Below, in pieces: positions 17,343 to 27,461 of a stretch of DNA of 64,000 bases; position 1 is the first letter of the stretch; every line of letters begins with the position of its first letter. Under the pieces are notes generated by a model. That model worked only from the letters and a program-made list of their open reading frames with translations. It ran no database searches and had not been told where the DNA came from. The translations under genes and the position numbers were made by a program. This stretch comes from Candidatus Altimarinota bacterium. GTDB taxonomy: Bacteria; Patescibacteriota; Gracilibacteria; CAIRYL01. The DNA lies in contig OZ252287.1 in NCBI GenBank assembly GCA_965250085.1, positions 416,001-480,000 of the forward strand. The letters run 5' to 3'.

Positions 17343-18052
17343 GGCTCTAGAGTAGGAGATTTTAAAAATCTCTGATAATTTTGGACATTATAACAAAAAT
17401 ATCTTGATCTTTATAGTTCCATCGCCACTCACATTCTTTGAGGTGAAAGTTAAACTTGTGAGAAGCAATTCCGTTAAACTTAGAGAGTCTTCTTTTCGCA
17501 AAAGACCAAAAGGATTCAATACCATTTACATGACATTTTCCTCGTGCAAATTCATTTTCTGAGTGATGAATACGATAGTGATCATATCCATTGAGAATGA
17601 GTCCATCATAAGCTCTCCATCCATCAGTATGAATAGTTGATCCTTCTAGTATTTTTCCTTGAATAATAGGTAGGAGCTCTTTTCTGGAGCAATCTTTTAC
17701 AATAGAAACAAATACCCTTCCTTCTCTTTGAAGGATTCCAAAGACAGGAGTCTTTCCTGCGGCTCCTCTTCCTCTCTTTCCTCTCACTCTCTTTGCTCCA
17801 AAGTAACTTTCATCAAGTTCAAATTCTCCAAAACTCTTTGACTGTGCTAAAGAGAACTTTGCAATCTTTTCTCTAAAAATATTAAAATATCGATCAACCG
17901 TTCTCCGATTGAGATCTAGAATATTTGCTGTTTTTGATGCATTGAGATCTTCACAAAAACACTTCAATATTTTTTTGATCTTATAATTCGATATTTTACT
18001 GTGTTTAAGCATGTTAAGAGAATAATTGAAGTAATTATTCTACTCAAGAGCC
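17343..18052 (-). mobile_element. IS1595-family (IS1016-like) insertion sequence, copy 1, 710 bp
   Basis: 13-bp terminal inverted repeats GGCTCTAGAGTAG / CTACTCAAGAGCC; flanks TTATTTTT / TAATTTTT (8-bp target duplication, 1 mismatch); near-identical to 56042-56751. Confidence 0.93.
17362..18012 (-). CDS. IS1595-family DDE transposase (ISXO2-like domain)
   Basis: ELDESYFG...GKRGRGAAGK.PVFG...IHTDGWRAYD...HVNGIESFWS..KRR. Confidence 0.96.
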   Translation of the reverse strand: MLKHSKISNYKIKKILKCFCEDLNASKTANILDLNRRTVDRYFNIFREKIAKFSLAQSKSFGEFELDESYFGAKRVRGKRGRGAAGKTPVFGILQREGRVFVSIVKDCSRKELLPIIQGKILEGSTIHTDGWRAYDGLILNGYDHYRIHHSENEFARGKCHVNGIESFWSFAKRRLSKFNGIASHKFNFHLKECEWRWNYKDQDIFVIMSKIIRDF

Positions 18053-18793
18053 TAATTTTTTTAAATGCTGTCTTTCATATGCTTCAATAATTTTTTGTAA
18101 TAATTCCGTTGGTTTAACTTCATATTTTTTAAACTCTTTTATATTTTCAGCTTTCAAATGCAATTGCCCTTCTCCCTTATTCCCTCGATGTTGTCCTTTC
18201 GAGTAATATTTATTTTTCGCTACTTCTTTTGAGGCTAAAACCCAGTATTTTATTGTATCTCTCCATACTCCAACCCATACAAAAACATCACAACATTTAG
18301 GTTTCACTTGTTGAAAATTCATATCGAATGGGAGTTTTGATTCCCATGCAAGCGCTTTTACATACAATGCTTCTCTACTGTTAAAATCAACCGCCCTTGA
18401 AGCCTTTACTTCAATTTTGATTTGCTCTCCATTTGTGAGATTGTGTAAAAAATCATACTGTCCAGAATAATTTTCATCTAACTTTTTTGTTGGTTTTATA
18501 AGTTCAGGAGCAATTTCTTTTAAATGCCCCTGTGCCCATTGTTCACCGAAAGTTCTTGGTGCAGAAATCTCAAAAATATGGAGATATAAGTTTCGTGCAA
18601 TGTATTCATCGCGAATTTCTAAATAATCATCAATTGTTATTTTTCCAAGCCCGAGAAGAGTTGAAATAATATACTCATATTCATTGAATGGATATATTGA
18701 GATAAGATTTCCCAACCTATCTCTCAGTGATTTATTGTCTTTTTTAGACAATGAATTGATAAGTTCTTCGAGTTTTTTCTTTAGAATTTCCAT
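18044..18793 (-). CDS. Putative type II restriction endonuclease (PD-(D/E)xK)
   Basis: YD...IEVKASR motif; directly downstream of a DNA methyltransferase; last codons lie in the IS end. Confidence 0.75.
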   Translation of the reverse strand: MEILKKKLEELINSLSKKDNKSLRDRLGNLISIYPFNEYEYIISTLLGLGKITIDDYLEIRDEYIARNLYLHIFEISAPRTFGEQWAQGHLKEIAPELIKPTKKLDENYSGQYDFLHNLTNGEQIKIEVKASRAVDFNSREALYVKALAWESKLPFDMNFQQVKPKCCDVFVWVGVWRDTIKYWVLASKEVAKNKYYSKGQHRGNKGEGQLHLKAENIKEFKKYEVKPTELLQKIIEAYERQHLKKLGS

Positions 18794-18797
18794 AATG

Positions 18798-20762
18798 CTA
18801 TTTTAAAAAGTTAGTAACATATTCAATCTCTTTTTCTGAAAAATTAAATTGTGCAAAAATGTATTTATCAAGTTTTTCAAAAGAAGATTGGTTATTGATA
18901 ATTTCATCAACAAGAGAGACAATCTCTTTTAGTACTTCATCCTTCCAAAGAGGTATCGGCATTTGTTCAATATGATTTCGTAAAACTTTTATGCTTGAAA
19001 ATTTTTTCTGAAAAATAAACTGATATAAAGAAGAATTAAACAATGCAGAAATAACTTTGATTGAATAATTTTCAAGTTTAGGAATAACAATATTAGCACT
19101 ATTTAAAGTAAGTTGTTGCTTGTCATCATAGGCAAATACTAATTTTTTTGAAATAAATTTATAAATTAGTTTTTCTTTTGCACGATATTTTTCGATAGGG
19201 GCAACTTGTTGAAATTTATCAGGAGTAAATAATATATAATTTGACGGAGCTTTCAATTTAAATTTTTCAACATCTTTTCCTTTATAGATTGGCTCAAAAT
19301 CTTTTTGATGCTCTGTGACAATATGTTTTTTATTGTCTCCTGTTACAATTCCAAGTGCCCAATCAGCATTGTTCAGTAAATTTGTGTGCTTGGTATTATA
19401 AACTTTTTCAATAATATCCATATCTATATCATTGGCGTGGATATTGAAAACAAAATCTTGATTACTTTCCCATTTTGATTGAGGGATATTATAATTTTCT
19501 TCATCTTTTATGATTTCAATTTCTTGTAAACTTTCTTCTTTTGTTATATCTAATCGTATTACAGGAGTGAAAACATTTTTAAAAACTCTGTTGAGGTAAA
19601 AAACTTTCTTGATTTGTGTATTTTTTAAAATTATCTCCCTTATATCTTTATGTGTTTTTACATTTAAAATTGATTCAGGAAGAACAAAAGAAATAATTCC
19701 TTTGTCATTTAATAAATCAATACTTTTCTTTAAAAAATAAGAAAATGACTCAAAGGATTGTATTTGTGGGTATAAAGTTTTTAATTTTTCATTATCATTT
19801 TTTGAAAAATGAACTCCCCAAGGTGGATTTGTTGCAATAACATCAAAATCTTTAATATTTTCATCATTTAAACTAAAGAGGTCGTAATTTCCAATTTCAA
19901 AAAGTGTATTTTTACAAACAATATTTGGTGCAAAATCTATATTCTTATATTTCACAAGTAAATTTAATCGAGCAATTCTAACGGCAATCTCGTCAATATC
20001 TACTCCATAAATATTTTTTGGGTCTTCAATTTTATCTGCAAAAGCAAGTAAAAATTGTCCAGTACCGCAACAAGGATCAAGCACCTTTGAATCCTCTTTT
20101 ACATAATCTGAAATAATTTTGCTGACAATATTTTCTGGTGTGTAATATGATCCATTCTGTGATTTTTTCCCTTCTGATAAAAGTGATTGATAGATAAAGC
20201 CTAAAATATCTCTTTGCGTTGGTAGTTGATAACTAAGCAAAAAAGAATACTCTGGTGTAATTTTATTTACATCAATTTCGGATTGCCATGATTTTAACTC
20301 TTCATTGACTTGTTTATTATTTGAAATAATTACTTTTCCAAGAATAATATCTTGAATATCTATTGTTGTAATAATATTTTCTTTTTTTAGTAGATTAAGA
20401 GATAAAAGAAAAAGAGATGTTTTTATACTTGTCTTTCTTCCGTGAATAAAAGAAATTATTGGATCAATATTACTAGACTCAATATTTGAGTTGAAATATT
20501 CATCAGGAATAAACATTTTTTTAGATTTTGATTTATTTGCTCGTCCATTTAATTTATTTATTTCTCCATTTTTAATATTGTTTTTTACTTTCTGAATTTC
20601 TTGAAAATAAAAATTATATTTATTATTTGAAATAGGTCTTAAATCTCCACATTTAGTCCAATTACGAACAGTTGCAGTGGAAACACCAAGAAGAAGTGCA
20701 ACATCTTCAATGTTTACAATTTCTTTTTCCCCCATAAGTGGTGTCATTGTGCTATTTTGCAT
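18798..20762 (-). CDS. Amino (N6-adenine-type) DNA methyltransferase with N-terminal HTH and TaqI-like C-terminal specificity domain
   Basis: GSYYTP, VLDPCCGTGQFL (motif I), IATNPPWG (motif IV); N-terminal IEDVALLLGVSTATVRNW HTH; visibly AT-rich relative to flanks. Confidence 0.92.
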   Translation of the reverse strand: MQNSTMTPLMGEKEIVNIEDVALLLGVSTATVRNWTKCGDLRPISNNKYNFYFQEIQKVKNNIKNGEINKLNGRANKSKSKKMFIPDEYFNSNIESSNIDPIISFIHGRKTSIKTSLFLLSLNLLKKENIITTIDIQDIILGKVIISNNKQVNEELKSWQSEIDVNKITPEYSFLLSYQLPTQRDILGFIYQSLLSEGKKSQNGSYYTPENIVSKIISDYVKEDSKVLDPCCGTGQFLLAFADKIEDPKNIYGVDIDEIAVRIARLNLLVKYKNIDFAPNIVCKNTLFEIGNYDLFSLNDENIKDFDVIATNPPWGVHFSKNDNEKLKTLYPQIQSFESFSYFLKKSIDLLNDKGIISFVLPESILNVKTHKDIREIILKNTQIKKVFYLNRVFKNVFTPVIRLDITKEESLQEIEIIKDEENYNIPQSKWESNQDFVFNIHANDIDMDIIEKVYNTKHTNLLNNADWALGIVTGDNKKHIVTEHQKDFEPIYKGKDVEKFKLKAPSNYILFTPDKFQQVAPIEKYRAKEKLIYKFISKKLVFAYDDKQQLTLNSANIVIPKLENYSIKVISALFNSSLYQFIFQKKFSSIKVLRNHIEQMPIPLWKDEVLKEIVSLVDEIINNQSSFEKLDKYIFAQFNFSEKEIEYVTNFLK

Positions 20763-21019
20763 AAAAAAAAGATATTTCTAATTGACTAATTATTCATTTT
20801 AAAGCATATCAATTGATTAAATTTTTTCAATACAAAAGGGTACATGCATTTTGCCACTACTCTTTTCTTGAACCGACAACCAAAAGGTCAAAAACCTCTC
20901 CAAATAGACATTTCTTGCCTAACAACCCCAACACGTTGCCAAATGGATACCCATTGTGTCAGGTTCGAACACAACAAAAAAATCCAATTCCGCTTAAAAT
21001 AGAATTTCATGAGTTGAAA

Positions 21020-21096
21020 TGGTGGGCGGTACTGGACTCGAACCAGTGACCTCCTGGGTGTAAACCAGATGCTCTAGCCAACTGAGCTAACCGCCC
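21020..21096 (-). tRNA. tRNA-Val (anticodon TAC)
   Basis: Reverse complement GGGCGGTTAGCTCAGTTGGCTAGAGCATCTGGTTTACACCCAGGAGGTCACTGGTTCGAGTCCAGTACCGCCCACCA. Confidence 0.97.
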
Positions 21097-21124
21097 TTAA
21101 GCGCCAGAAGAGTGTAGCGGAGAG

Positions 21125-22108
21125 CTATTTTGAAGGCAATAATTTTTTTAAATCTTCTGGGAGTTCTGACTCAAACTCCATCTGCTCCTCTGTTTCCGGA
21201 TGTTGAAAAGCAAGTTTGTGTGCATGAAGGAAGTGTCTTTTGAGGTCATATTGTTTCTGTAAAATTCTATTCCAAGCGAAGTCTCCATACGCATCATCTC
21301 CCGCTAATGGGTGGCCTATCGACGCAAAGTGTACACGAATTTGGTGCATGCGACCGGTGTCTAATGTAGCTTCCACAAGCGATGCATCAATATCTGAGAA
21401 GTATTTTTTGACGATATAGAGTGTGCGAGCGTCTTTTGCCTGATGAGACTGGGAAGTGCAAATTTTTGTGTACTTGCTTCCTTCAGTTCTGAGAAGTTTT
21501 GCCGTGATCTCTCCTTCGGACTTTTGAAGCCTTCCTTTGGAAAGTGCCAGATATGTTTTTTGAATTTCCCCCTCTCTAAAGAGTGCTGTGAGCTTTCGAA
21601 GCACAGCATCATTTTTTGCAATAAGAATAAGACCTGAAGTCTGTTTATCCAATCGATGTGCCAATTTTGGATCTGGAGCATCTGGATTTTTAGATTTTAT
21701 TTTTGCAAGAAATAGGTCAATAAGAGACCTCCCCCATGGGGTCTTGCTCCCAGGATGTACAGAAATTCCGGATGGTTTTTCGGCAACAAAGAGATGCTCA
21801 TCTTCATAATGAACATGAAAATTGTGATGAAAAAACTTGGATCGCAGAACAAAATTAAAATCGGGCTTCTTTTGAGGAGGAGGCTCTCCAAATGCAGTTG
21901 CATCAAAATAAAGAGAGAGAGCGTCTCCCTTTTGAAGCATCGTGTCTCGCTTGCCATAAAGTTTGTCTGAATCGCGAATAATTTTTACCTTTTTTTGTCG
22001 TAAAAACCGATAAATGGTCGAAAGAGGAATTTGTGAAAACTTCTTTCGGAGAAACTTATCAAGCCGCCGGCCATCATCATTGCCGGTGATCTGTATTTCT
22101 TCTGACAT
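21125..22108 (-). CDS. RluA-family pseudouridine synthase with S4 domain (RluC/RluD-like)
   Basis: RRLDKFLRK, KPSGISVHPG, HRLDKQTSG, TGRMHQIRVH, GHPLAGDDAYG. Confidence 0.95.
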   Translation of the reverse strand: MSEEIQITGNDDGRRLDKFLRKKFSQIPLSTIYRFLRQKKVKIIRDSDKLYGKRDTMLQKGDALSLYFDATAFGEPPPQKKPDFNFVLRSKFFHHNFHVHYEDEHLFVAEKPSGISVHPGSKTPWGRSLIDLFLAKIKSKNPDAPDPKLAHRLDKQTSGLILIAKNDAVLRKLTALFREGEIQKTYLALSKGRLQKSEGEITAKLLRTEGSKYTKICTSQSHQAKDARTLYIVKKYFSDIDASLVEATLDTGRMHQIRVHFASIGHPLAGDDAYGDFAWNRILQKQYDLKRHFLHAHKLAFQHPETEEQMEFESELPEDLKKLLPSK

Positions 22109-22314
22109 CAATACAAATGTTCTCATATGAAACAAAGGCGGACAATCTCTCTTACCAAGTATATGGAAGTAAGTCAGTAAATCAGTTGTAAGTTGTCAGT
22201 ATGGAGTTGTTTTTAGAAAGTTGAAGAATGAGAAAGAGATGAAAATGTAAACTGCTGAAGATACGATTTTGCTAATTGCCAAGAGCGAACATCTAAGAGC
22301 TGTTTTCACACAAG

Positions 22315-22343
22315 AAAAAGGCCTCAGTTGCCTGAGACCTTTT
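22315..22343 (-). terminator. Rho-independent terminator of the poly-Asp gene
   Basis: Minus strand AAAAGGTCTCAG-GCAA-CTGAGGCCTTTTT. Confidence 0.8.
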
Positions 22344-22378
22344 CCCCCTTTTCCTTATTCAGGAAACAAAAATAAGAA

Positions 22379-23128
<750 letters not shown>

Positions 23129-23149
23129 AAGGAATAAAAATTAAAGACT

Positions 23150-23182
23150 AAAAAAGCGGAGTGAATATACTCCCGCTTTTTT
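23150..23182. terminator. Bidirectional terminator-like hairpin
   Basis: AAAAAAGCGG-AGTGAATATACTC-CCGCTTTTTT. Confidence 0.65.
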
Positions 23183-23299
23183 CTCTTGTACATTCCATGA
23201 TTATATTTTTTGTTGCATAAGTAACAATTTATTCATTTTTCATTCAGGCAACAAAAAGACTCCTCAGTTGCTACCTTAAAATCATTCCATGGAATCATT

Positions 23300-23920
23300 C
23301 TATGCTGAACGTGTAATTTTAGTCTCAACGTCCTTTTTCAGAGCAAGTCGTCTTCCAATTAAAATCGACGCATTCGCTTTATCTACAAGCCTCTGATACA
23401 AAGAAACCGTTTTTTTCATGTCTTTAATTTCGTTTTGGATAGTGGTGCTTTCTAGCATTGATTGAAGTATGCCAATTTCAGCATTTGCTATTCTAATTTG
23501 GATTTCTATAAATTCGAGAATTTCTTTATCTGTTATTTTTGCACTATCAACAGCCATCTCTGCCATCGTCTTGTCAGCGATTCTTTCTGCAAAATCAGCC
23601 ACCAGCTTTACAGCTCTTGGAACGTATTTTTCTTCAAGATACCCGCGCCATTTGAATCCCAAAGCTTCGTCGTGTTGATTATCTACAAGCTGTCTCATCA
23701 AGCCAATATCATCAGGCTCATATCTTGTTTCAGCATTTAGTAAAAGTATGAAGCGAATATTGTCTGAGTTTGAGTCTAGTTTCCGAAACAATAATCGAGC
23801 TTTCTCCCTGACGGTAGTCAATAACTGTTCCTCTTCCTCTTTTGCTACTTCTATTAACTGTTTATAATCTTGCAGGGGGCTCTCCTGAGCGCTTGGAGAA
23901 TTATCTGGAGTTTCAGGCAT
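23300..23920 (-). CDS. Hypothetical helical protein
   Basis: 206-aa ORF with Pro/Ser-rich N-terminus; TTGTAT-17-TACAAT upstream. Confidence 0.7.
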   Translation of the reverse strand: MPETPDNSPSAQESPLQDYKQLIEVAKEEEEQLLTTVREKARLLFRKLDSNSDNIRFILLLNAETRYEPDDIGLMRQLVDNQHDEALGFKWRGYLEEKYVPRAVKLVADFAERIADKTMAEMAVDSAKITDKEILEFIEIQIRIANAEIGILQSMLESTTIQNEIKDMKKTVSLYQRLVDKANASILIGRRLALKKDVETKITRSA

Positions 23921-24125
23921 AAGGCAATAGTTAAAATATATCGTGTCATTGTATCACATTTTATGAAATTATACAATCAGTTTTTCCTTATTTTATACCT
24001 TTTAGAAGGGTAAAAATATTAATGGAAACATTTGATATACATCAATACCGCAAAATACAAAAAAGCAGTACCTCTCTCTGGCTTTACTTATTTTTCTGCT
24101 TTAATTCTTACCGCTTATGATTTTG

Positions 24126-24755
24126 CTAATTGTTTTTGACAATATGGTCCACAAGACCATATGACTTGGCCTCTTCCGCTGTCATAAACTTGTCTCGCTC
24201 TGTGTCCTGTTGCACCTGATCCAATGGCTTCCCCGTGTGCTTTGCAATCAGTTCATTGAGGATATTTTTGGTTTGCAATATGTGCTCTGCTGCAATAGCG
24301 ATCTCTGTAGCCTGTCCCTCTGCTCCACCTAGAGGTTGGTGAATCATGACTTCTGAATGTGGCAAAATAAATCGCTTCCCCTTTGCTCCTCCCATGAGAA
24401 TAATAGCTCCTCCTGAGGCTGCGAGTCCTACACACACCGTTGCTACATCAGGTGCAACATAGTTCATAGTGTCGTACATCGCCAGAGTAGCCGTCACACT
24501 TCCTCCTGGAGAATTTACATAGAGTGTAATATCTTTTTTTGGATCTTGCTTTTCCAAAAATAGCAACTGTGCAATCACTGTATTGGCAACAGCATCATTT
24601 ATTTGCGATCCCAAGAAAATAATTCGCTCTTCCAGGAGTCGAGAATAAATATCATACGCCCGCTCTCCTTGTGGTGTTTTGTCTATTACTGTCGGTACGA
24701 GGACATTGTTTTGTGGTGGGGTGAAATTTTTTGTCTGGGAGGTGATTTGGTGCAT
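24126..24755 (-). CDS. clpP: ATP-dependent Clp protease proteolytic subunit
   Basis: [55 protein letters not shown]. Confidence 0.98.
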   Translation of the reverse strand: MHQITSQTKNFTPPQNNVLVPTVIDKTPQGERAYDIYSRLLEERIIFLGSQINDAVANTVIAQLLFLEKQDPKKDITLYVNSPGGSVTATLAMYDTMNYVAPDVATVCVGLAASGGAIILMGGAKGKRFILPHSEVMIHQPLGGAEGQATEIAIAAEHILQTKNILNELIAKHTGKPLDQVQQDTERDKFMTAEEAKSYGLVDHIVKNN

Positions 24756-24829
24756 TTTGTTGAGAAAAAATCATAAAAGATGGTTGCATATTTTTTTGAG
24801 GTGGGCAATGAATTAGGCTGTAATTTTTT

Positions 24830-24918
24830 AATTTTATAGATAATTTTTAAGCATTAATTTTTAAAAATTAGAAATTAGAATTTATTTAAAAATTAAAAAA
24901 TTAAAAACTAAAAATTGC
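24830..24918. repeat. Empty AT-rich inverted heptamer array (same arms as 42510-42925)
   Basis: T-rich arm taatttttaattttata...taatttttaa facing A-rich arm aaattagaaattagaatttatttaaaaattaaaaaattaaaaact. Confidence 0.6.
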
Positions 24919-24919
24919 T

Positions 24920-26476
24920 TTAAGATTCTTCATCTCCTTTTCTATCAGAAGAGAGTCCTAATTCCTGCAGAAAGTATTCTTCCGGCACATCCTCTGGCGG
25001 AAGTTCATCTAAAGGCAGGTAATCCAGAGGATTTTGGACCACTCCATTTTCCCAGACTTCAAAATGCAAATGGGGACCTGTGGTCATGACTCCAGCTCCT
25101 TTGGTACCGATGGTTCCTCCTGTTTTTCCGATACTCTCTCCCTCCTGTACCAAATCTCCTTCTGTGACATCAAATCCTGAAACGTGTCCGTAAACAGTCA
25201 TGAGATTATTTCGATGAATGAGCACGATATAGGAATACCCTCTACCATTATCAATCGTTTTGTAGACATATCCCGCTGCTGGAGCACGGATTGAAGTCCC
25301 CTGAGGCGCTCGGATATCCAGTGCATTGTGCTCGACTCCAAATACTCTCTGGTAACTGGCATCCTTGAAATAAGAAGTAATTTTGAGTGGTTCTACTGAC
25401 CATGAAAATGGCTTTTTTCCGATATCTTGAAGGATAAATTCTTCCCCTGCTTCATATGAACTCTCTTCATCCAAAAGGAGCTGCTCCACACGGTCACGTG
25501 TTACGGATTTTTCAATTCCTTGTCTATTCTCTAAGGTTTCAAGCTTCCTGTTGATCGTATTGAGATCTGCTTGTAAGTCAGTGATCTGCTCCGCACTCTC
25601 TCTGAGTTGTGCTTTTGATTCTCTGAGGAGAATTTCAAACTGTTCTTGTTCTCCCTGCGTCTGAGTAATGAGGTCCTGTTGAGCTTTGCGTTGCAAACTC
25701 AAAGTCTGTTCTTGTTGGGCAAGTTCGTTTTGTAAACTGGTGAGAGAAGATCTTTCTCGTGAAAGAAGTGAATCGACTTCTTCCAGATTGAGCAGGGCTC
25801 CCTCCAAATCATGAAAAATGCTTCGCGCTGATTTTTCAAGTGCGGTAAAATGCATTTCATCTCTAAGATTTTGAGTAAATGAATCATCAGAAAGCACTAT
25901 GCTCAGTCCCGTTGTTACATCAAATGGTTGCAAACTTTCGGATTCTGTCTGGAGAAGTGAAAAGTAGGACATCACCACATCTTTTTGTACATCTGCTTCG
26001 GCATGAATCACCTCTTTTTCTTCCATTACCTTTGCCAGACCTGATTCTCTAACCGCAATCTGCTCTCCTGTCTTTTGTATTTTATATTCTGTTGTCTCCA
26101 GCTCATCTTGTAAGTATTCCAGTTGCCCATTGAGCGTAATAAGCCGTGAAGACAATATTCTGAGTGCTCGCTCTTTTTCTGCAATATCGTTTTGATGTGC
26201 ATCAAACTCCTGTAGGTATTCTTCAAGTTCTTCTTTGAGTTCGAAAAGGCGAGTTTGATGAGTGCTAATACGATCTGAGTATTTGCCTTCTATCTGCTCA
26301 TAATATCTCTGTACTTCCTCTTCAATACGATCAAGTTCTTCGGCTTTTCTTTTTTCAGCTGTTTGCTCGGATGCGAGCACCAAAAAGCTTCCCCCTACAA
26401 ACATAAATAAGAAGCTGAGAATTCCGAATGCAACACATGTTTTATAAAGGTATTGAAGCATAGAGAGAGAAAGCAT
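24920..26476 (-). CDS. Peptidase M23 with long N-terminal coiled coil (EnvC/CwlO-like)
   Basis: HNALD (HxxxD), YGH, TTGPHLHFEV; N-terminal TM and coiled coil. Confidence 0.9.
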   Translation of the reverse strand: MLSLSMLQYLYKTCVAFGILSFLFMFVGGSFLVLASEQTAEKRKAEELDRIEEEVQRYYEQIEGKYSDRISTHQTRLFELKEELEEYLQEFDAHQNDIAEKERALRILSSRLITLNGQLEYLQDELETTEYKIQKTGEQIAVRESGLAKVMEEKEVIHAEADVQKDVVMSYFSLLQTESESLQPFDVTTGLSIVLSDDSFTQNLRDEMHFTALEKSARSIFHDLEGALLNLEEVDSLLSRERSSLTSLQNELAQQEQTLSLQRKAQQDLITQTQGEQEQFEILLRESKAQLRESAEQITDLQADLNTINRKLETLENRQGIEKSVTRDRVEQLLLDEESSYEAGEEFILQDIGKKPFSWSVEPLKITSYFKDASYQRVFGVEHNALDIRAPQGTSIRAPAAGYVYKTIDNGRGYSYIVLIHRNNLMTVYGHVSGFDVTEGDLVQEGESIGKTGGTIGTKGAGVMTTGPHLHFEVWENGVVQNPLDYLPLDELPPEDVPEEYFLQELGLSSDRKGDEES

Positions 26477-26650
26477 AAATATATCCCTCTAGTATAGCGA
26501 TTTTTTAAGGTTTTTTCAATGAGAAATACATTTTTCATGAAACTGAATCATGGGAAGAAATATTAAGAAAATATTAAAATTTGCTCTAACTTATTTGACT
26601 CTCTCATCATCTCAAAGATAATGGGGACCTATTTTTTGAACCCTATTCTT

Positions 26651-27352
26651 ATGAAAAGACTTTTTACTGGAATTTTCATTGGCATCTCTCTTTCAGCATC
26701 CCTCTCAGTTTTTGCTTTTTCAAAAAGCTTTCCTGATGTCAAAATTTCTGACTGGTTTTATAATGATGTCATGCAGATGGCTGAATGGGATGTCATTCGT
26801 GGAAATGGTGATGGGACATTCCGTCCAGAAAACAGTGTCAATCGTGCCGAATTGTCAGCAATGTGGAGTAGATATGAAGATCATTTGGAGCAGAAGTTCT
26901 ATACAAAAGAACAAGTGGATCAGATGATCAATATATCATCAAGTACTGTAACTCCTTCTGATATAGAGTCTTCAAAAACGATATCAGTAGGGTCTACAGG
27001 AACTCTCAATGGTGTCTCTCTATCTGTTAAAAGTATAGAAGATTATCAAGATGACATTTTTGATCCAAAAGAAGGAAACAGGTTTGTTTCTATGGATCTG
27101 TTTATAGAAAACAACAGCGGACAAACAATTAAAATCAATGCTTATCAATTTATTTTACGAGATTCTGAAAGCTACGAATACAATTACTCAGTTTCAACAA
27201 AGGAGCCTCAAATAAGTGTTGGAAAATTAGAAGATTCAAAAAGTCTTCGTGGCTTTTTGGTGTTTGAAGTACCTCAAGATGCACTTCTTGATGAATTAAA
27301 GTATGAGGTTGATTATGGCAGTCTTGGACAATTCTATGTCGATATAGAGTAA
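26651..27352 (+). CDS. SLH domain plus DUF4352-like Ig-fold protein
   Basis: FPDVKISDWF...VIRGNGDGTFRPENSVNRAEL; PKEGNRFVSMDLFIEN...F.LRD...RGFLVFEVP. Confidence 0.8.
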   Translation: MKRLFTGIFIGISLSASLSVFAFSKSFPDVKISDWFYNDVMQMAEWDVIRGNGDGTFRPENSVNRAELSAMWSRYEDHLEQKFYTKEQVDQMINISSSTVTPSDIESSKTISVGSTGTLNGVSLSVKSIEDYQDDIFDPKEGNRFVSMDLFIENNSGQTIKINAYQFILRDSESYEYNYSVSTKEPQISVGKLEDSKSLRGFLVFEVPQDALLDELKYEVDYGSLGQFYVDIE

Positions 27353-27461
27353 TAAATCTCACGATAGAGTCTCAAGATTTTGAGCCTCTCTGCCTTGAAT
27401 CAATAGTGACAGATGTGATACGGTTGTCTCTAGGTTCATATAGCATTTTATCTTCTTTCCC

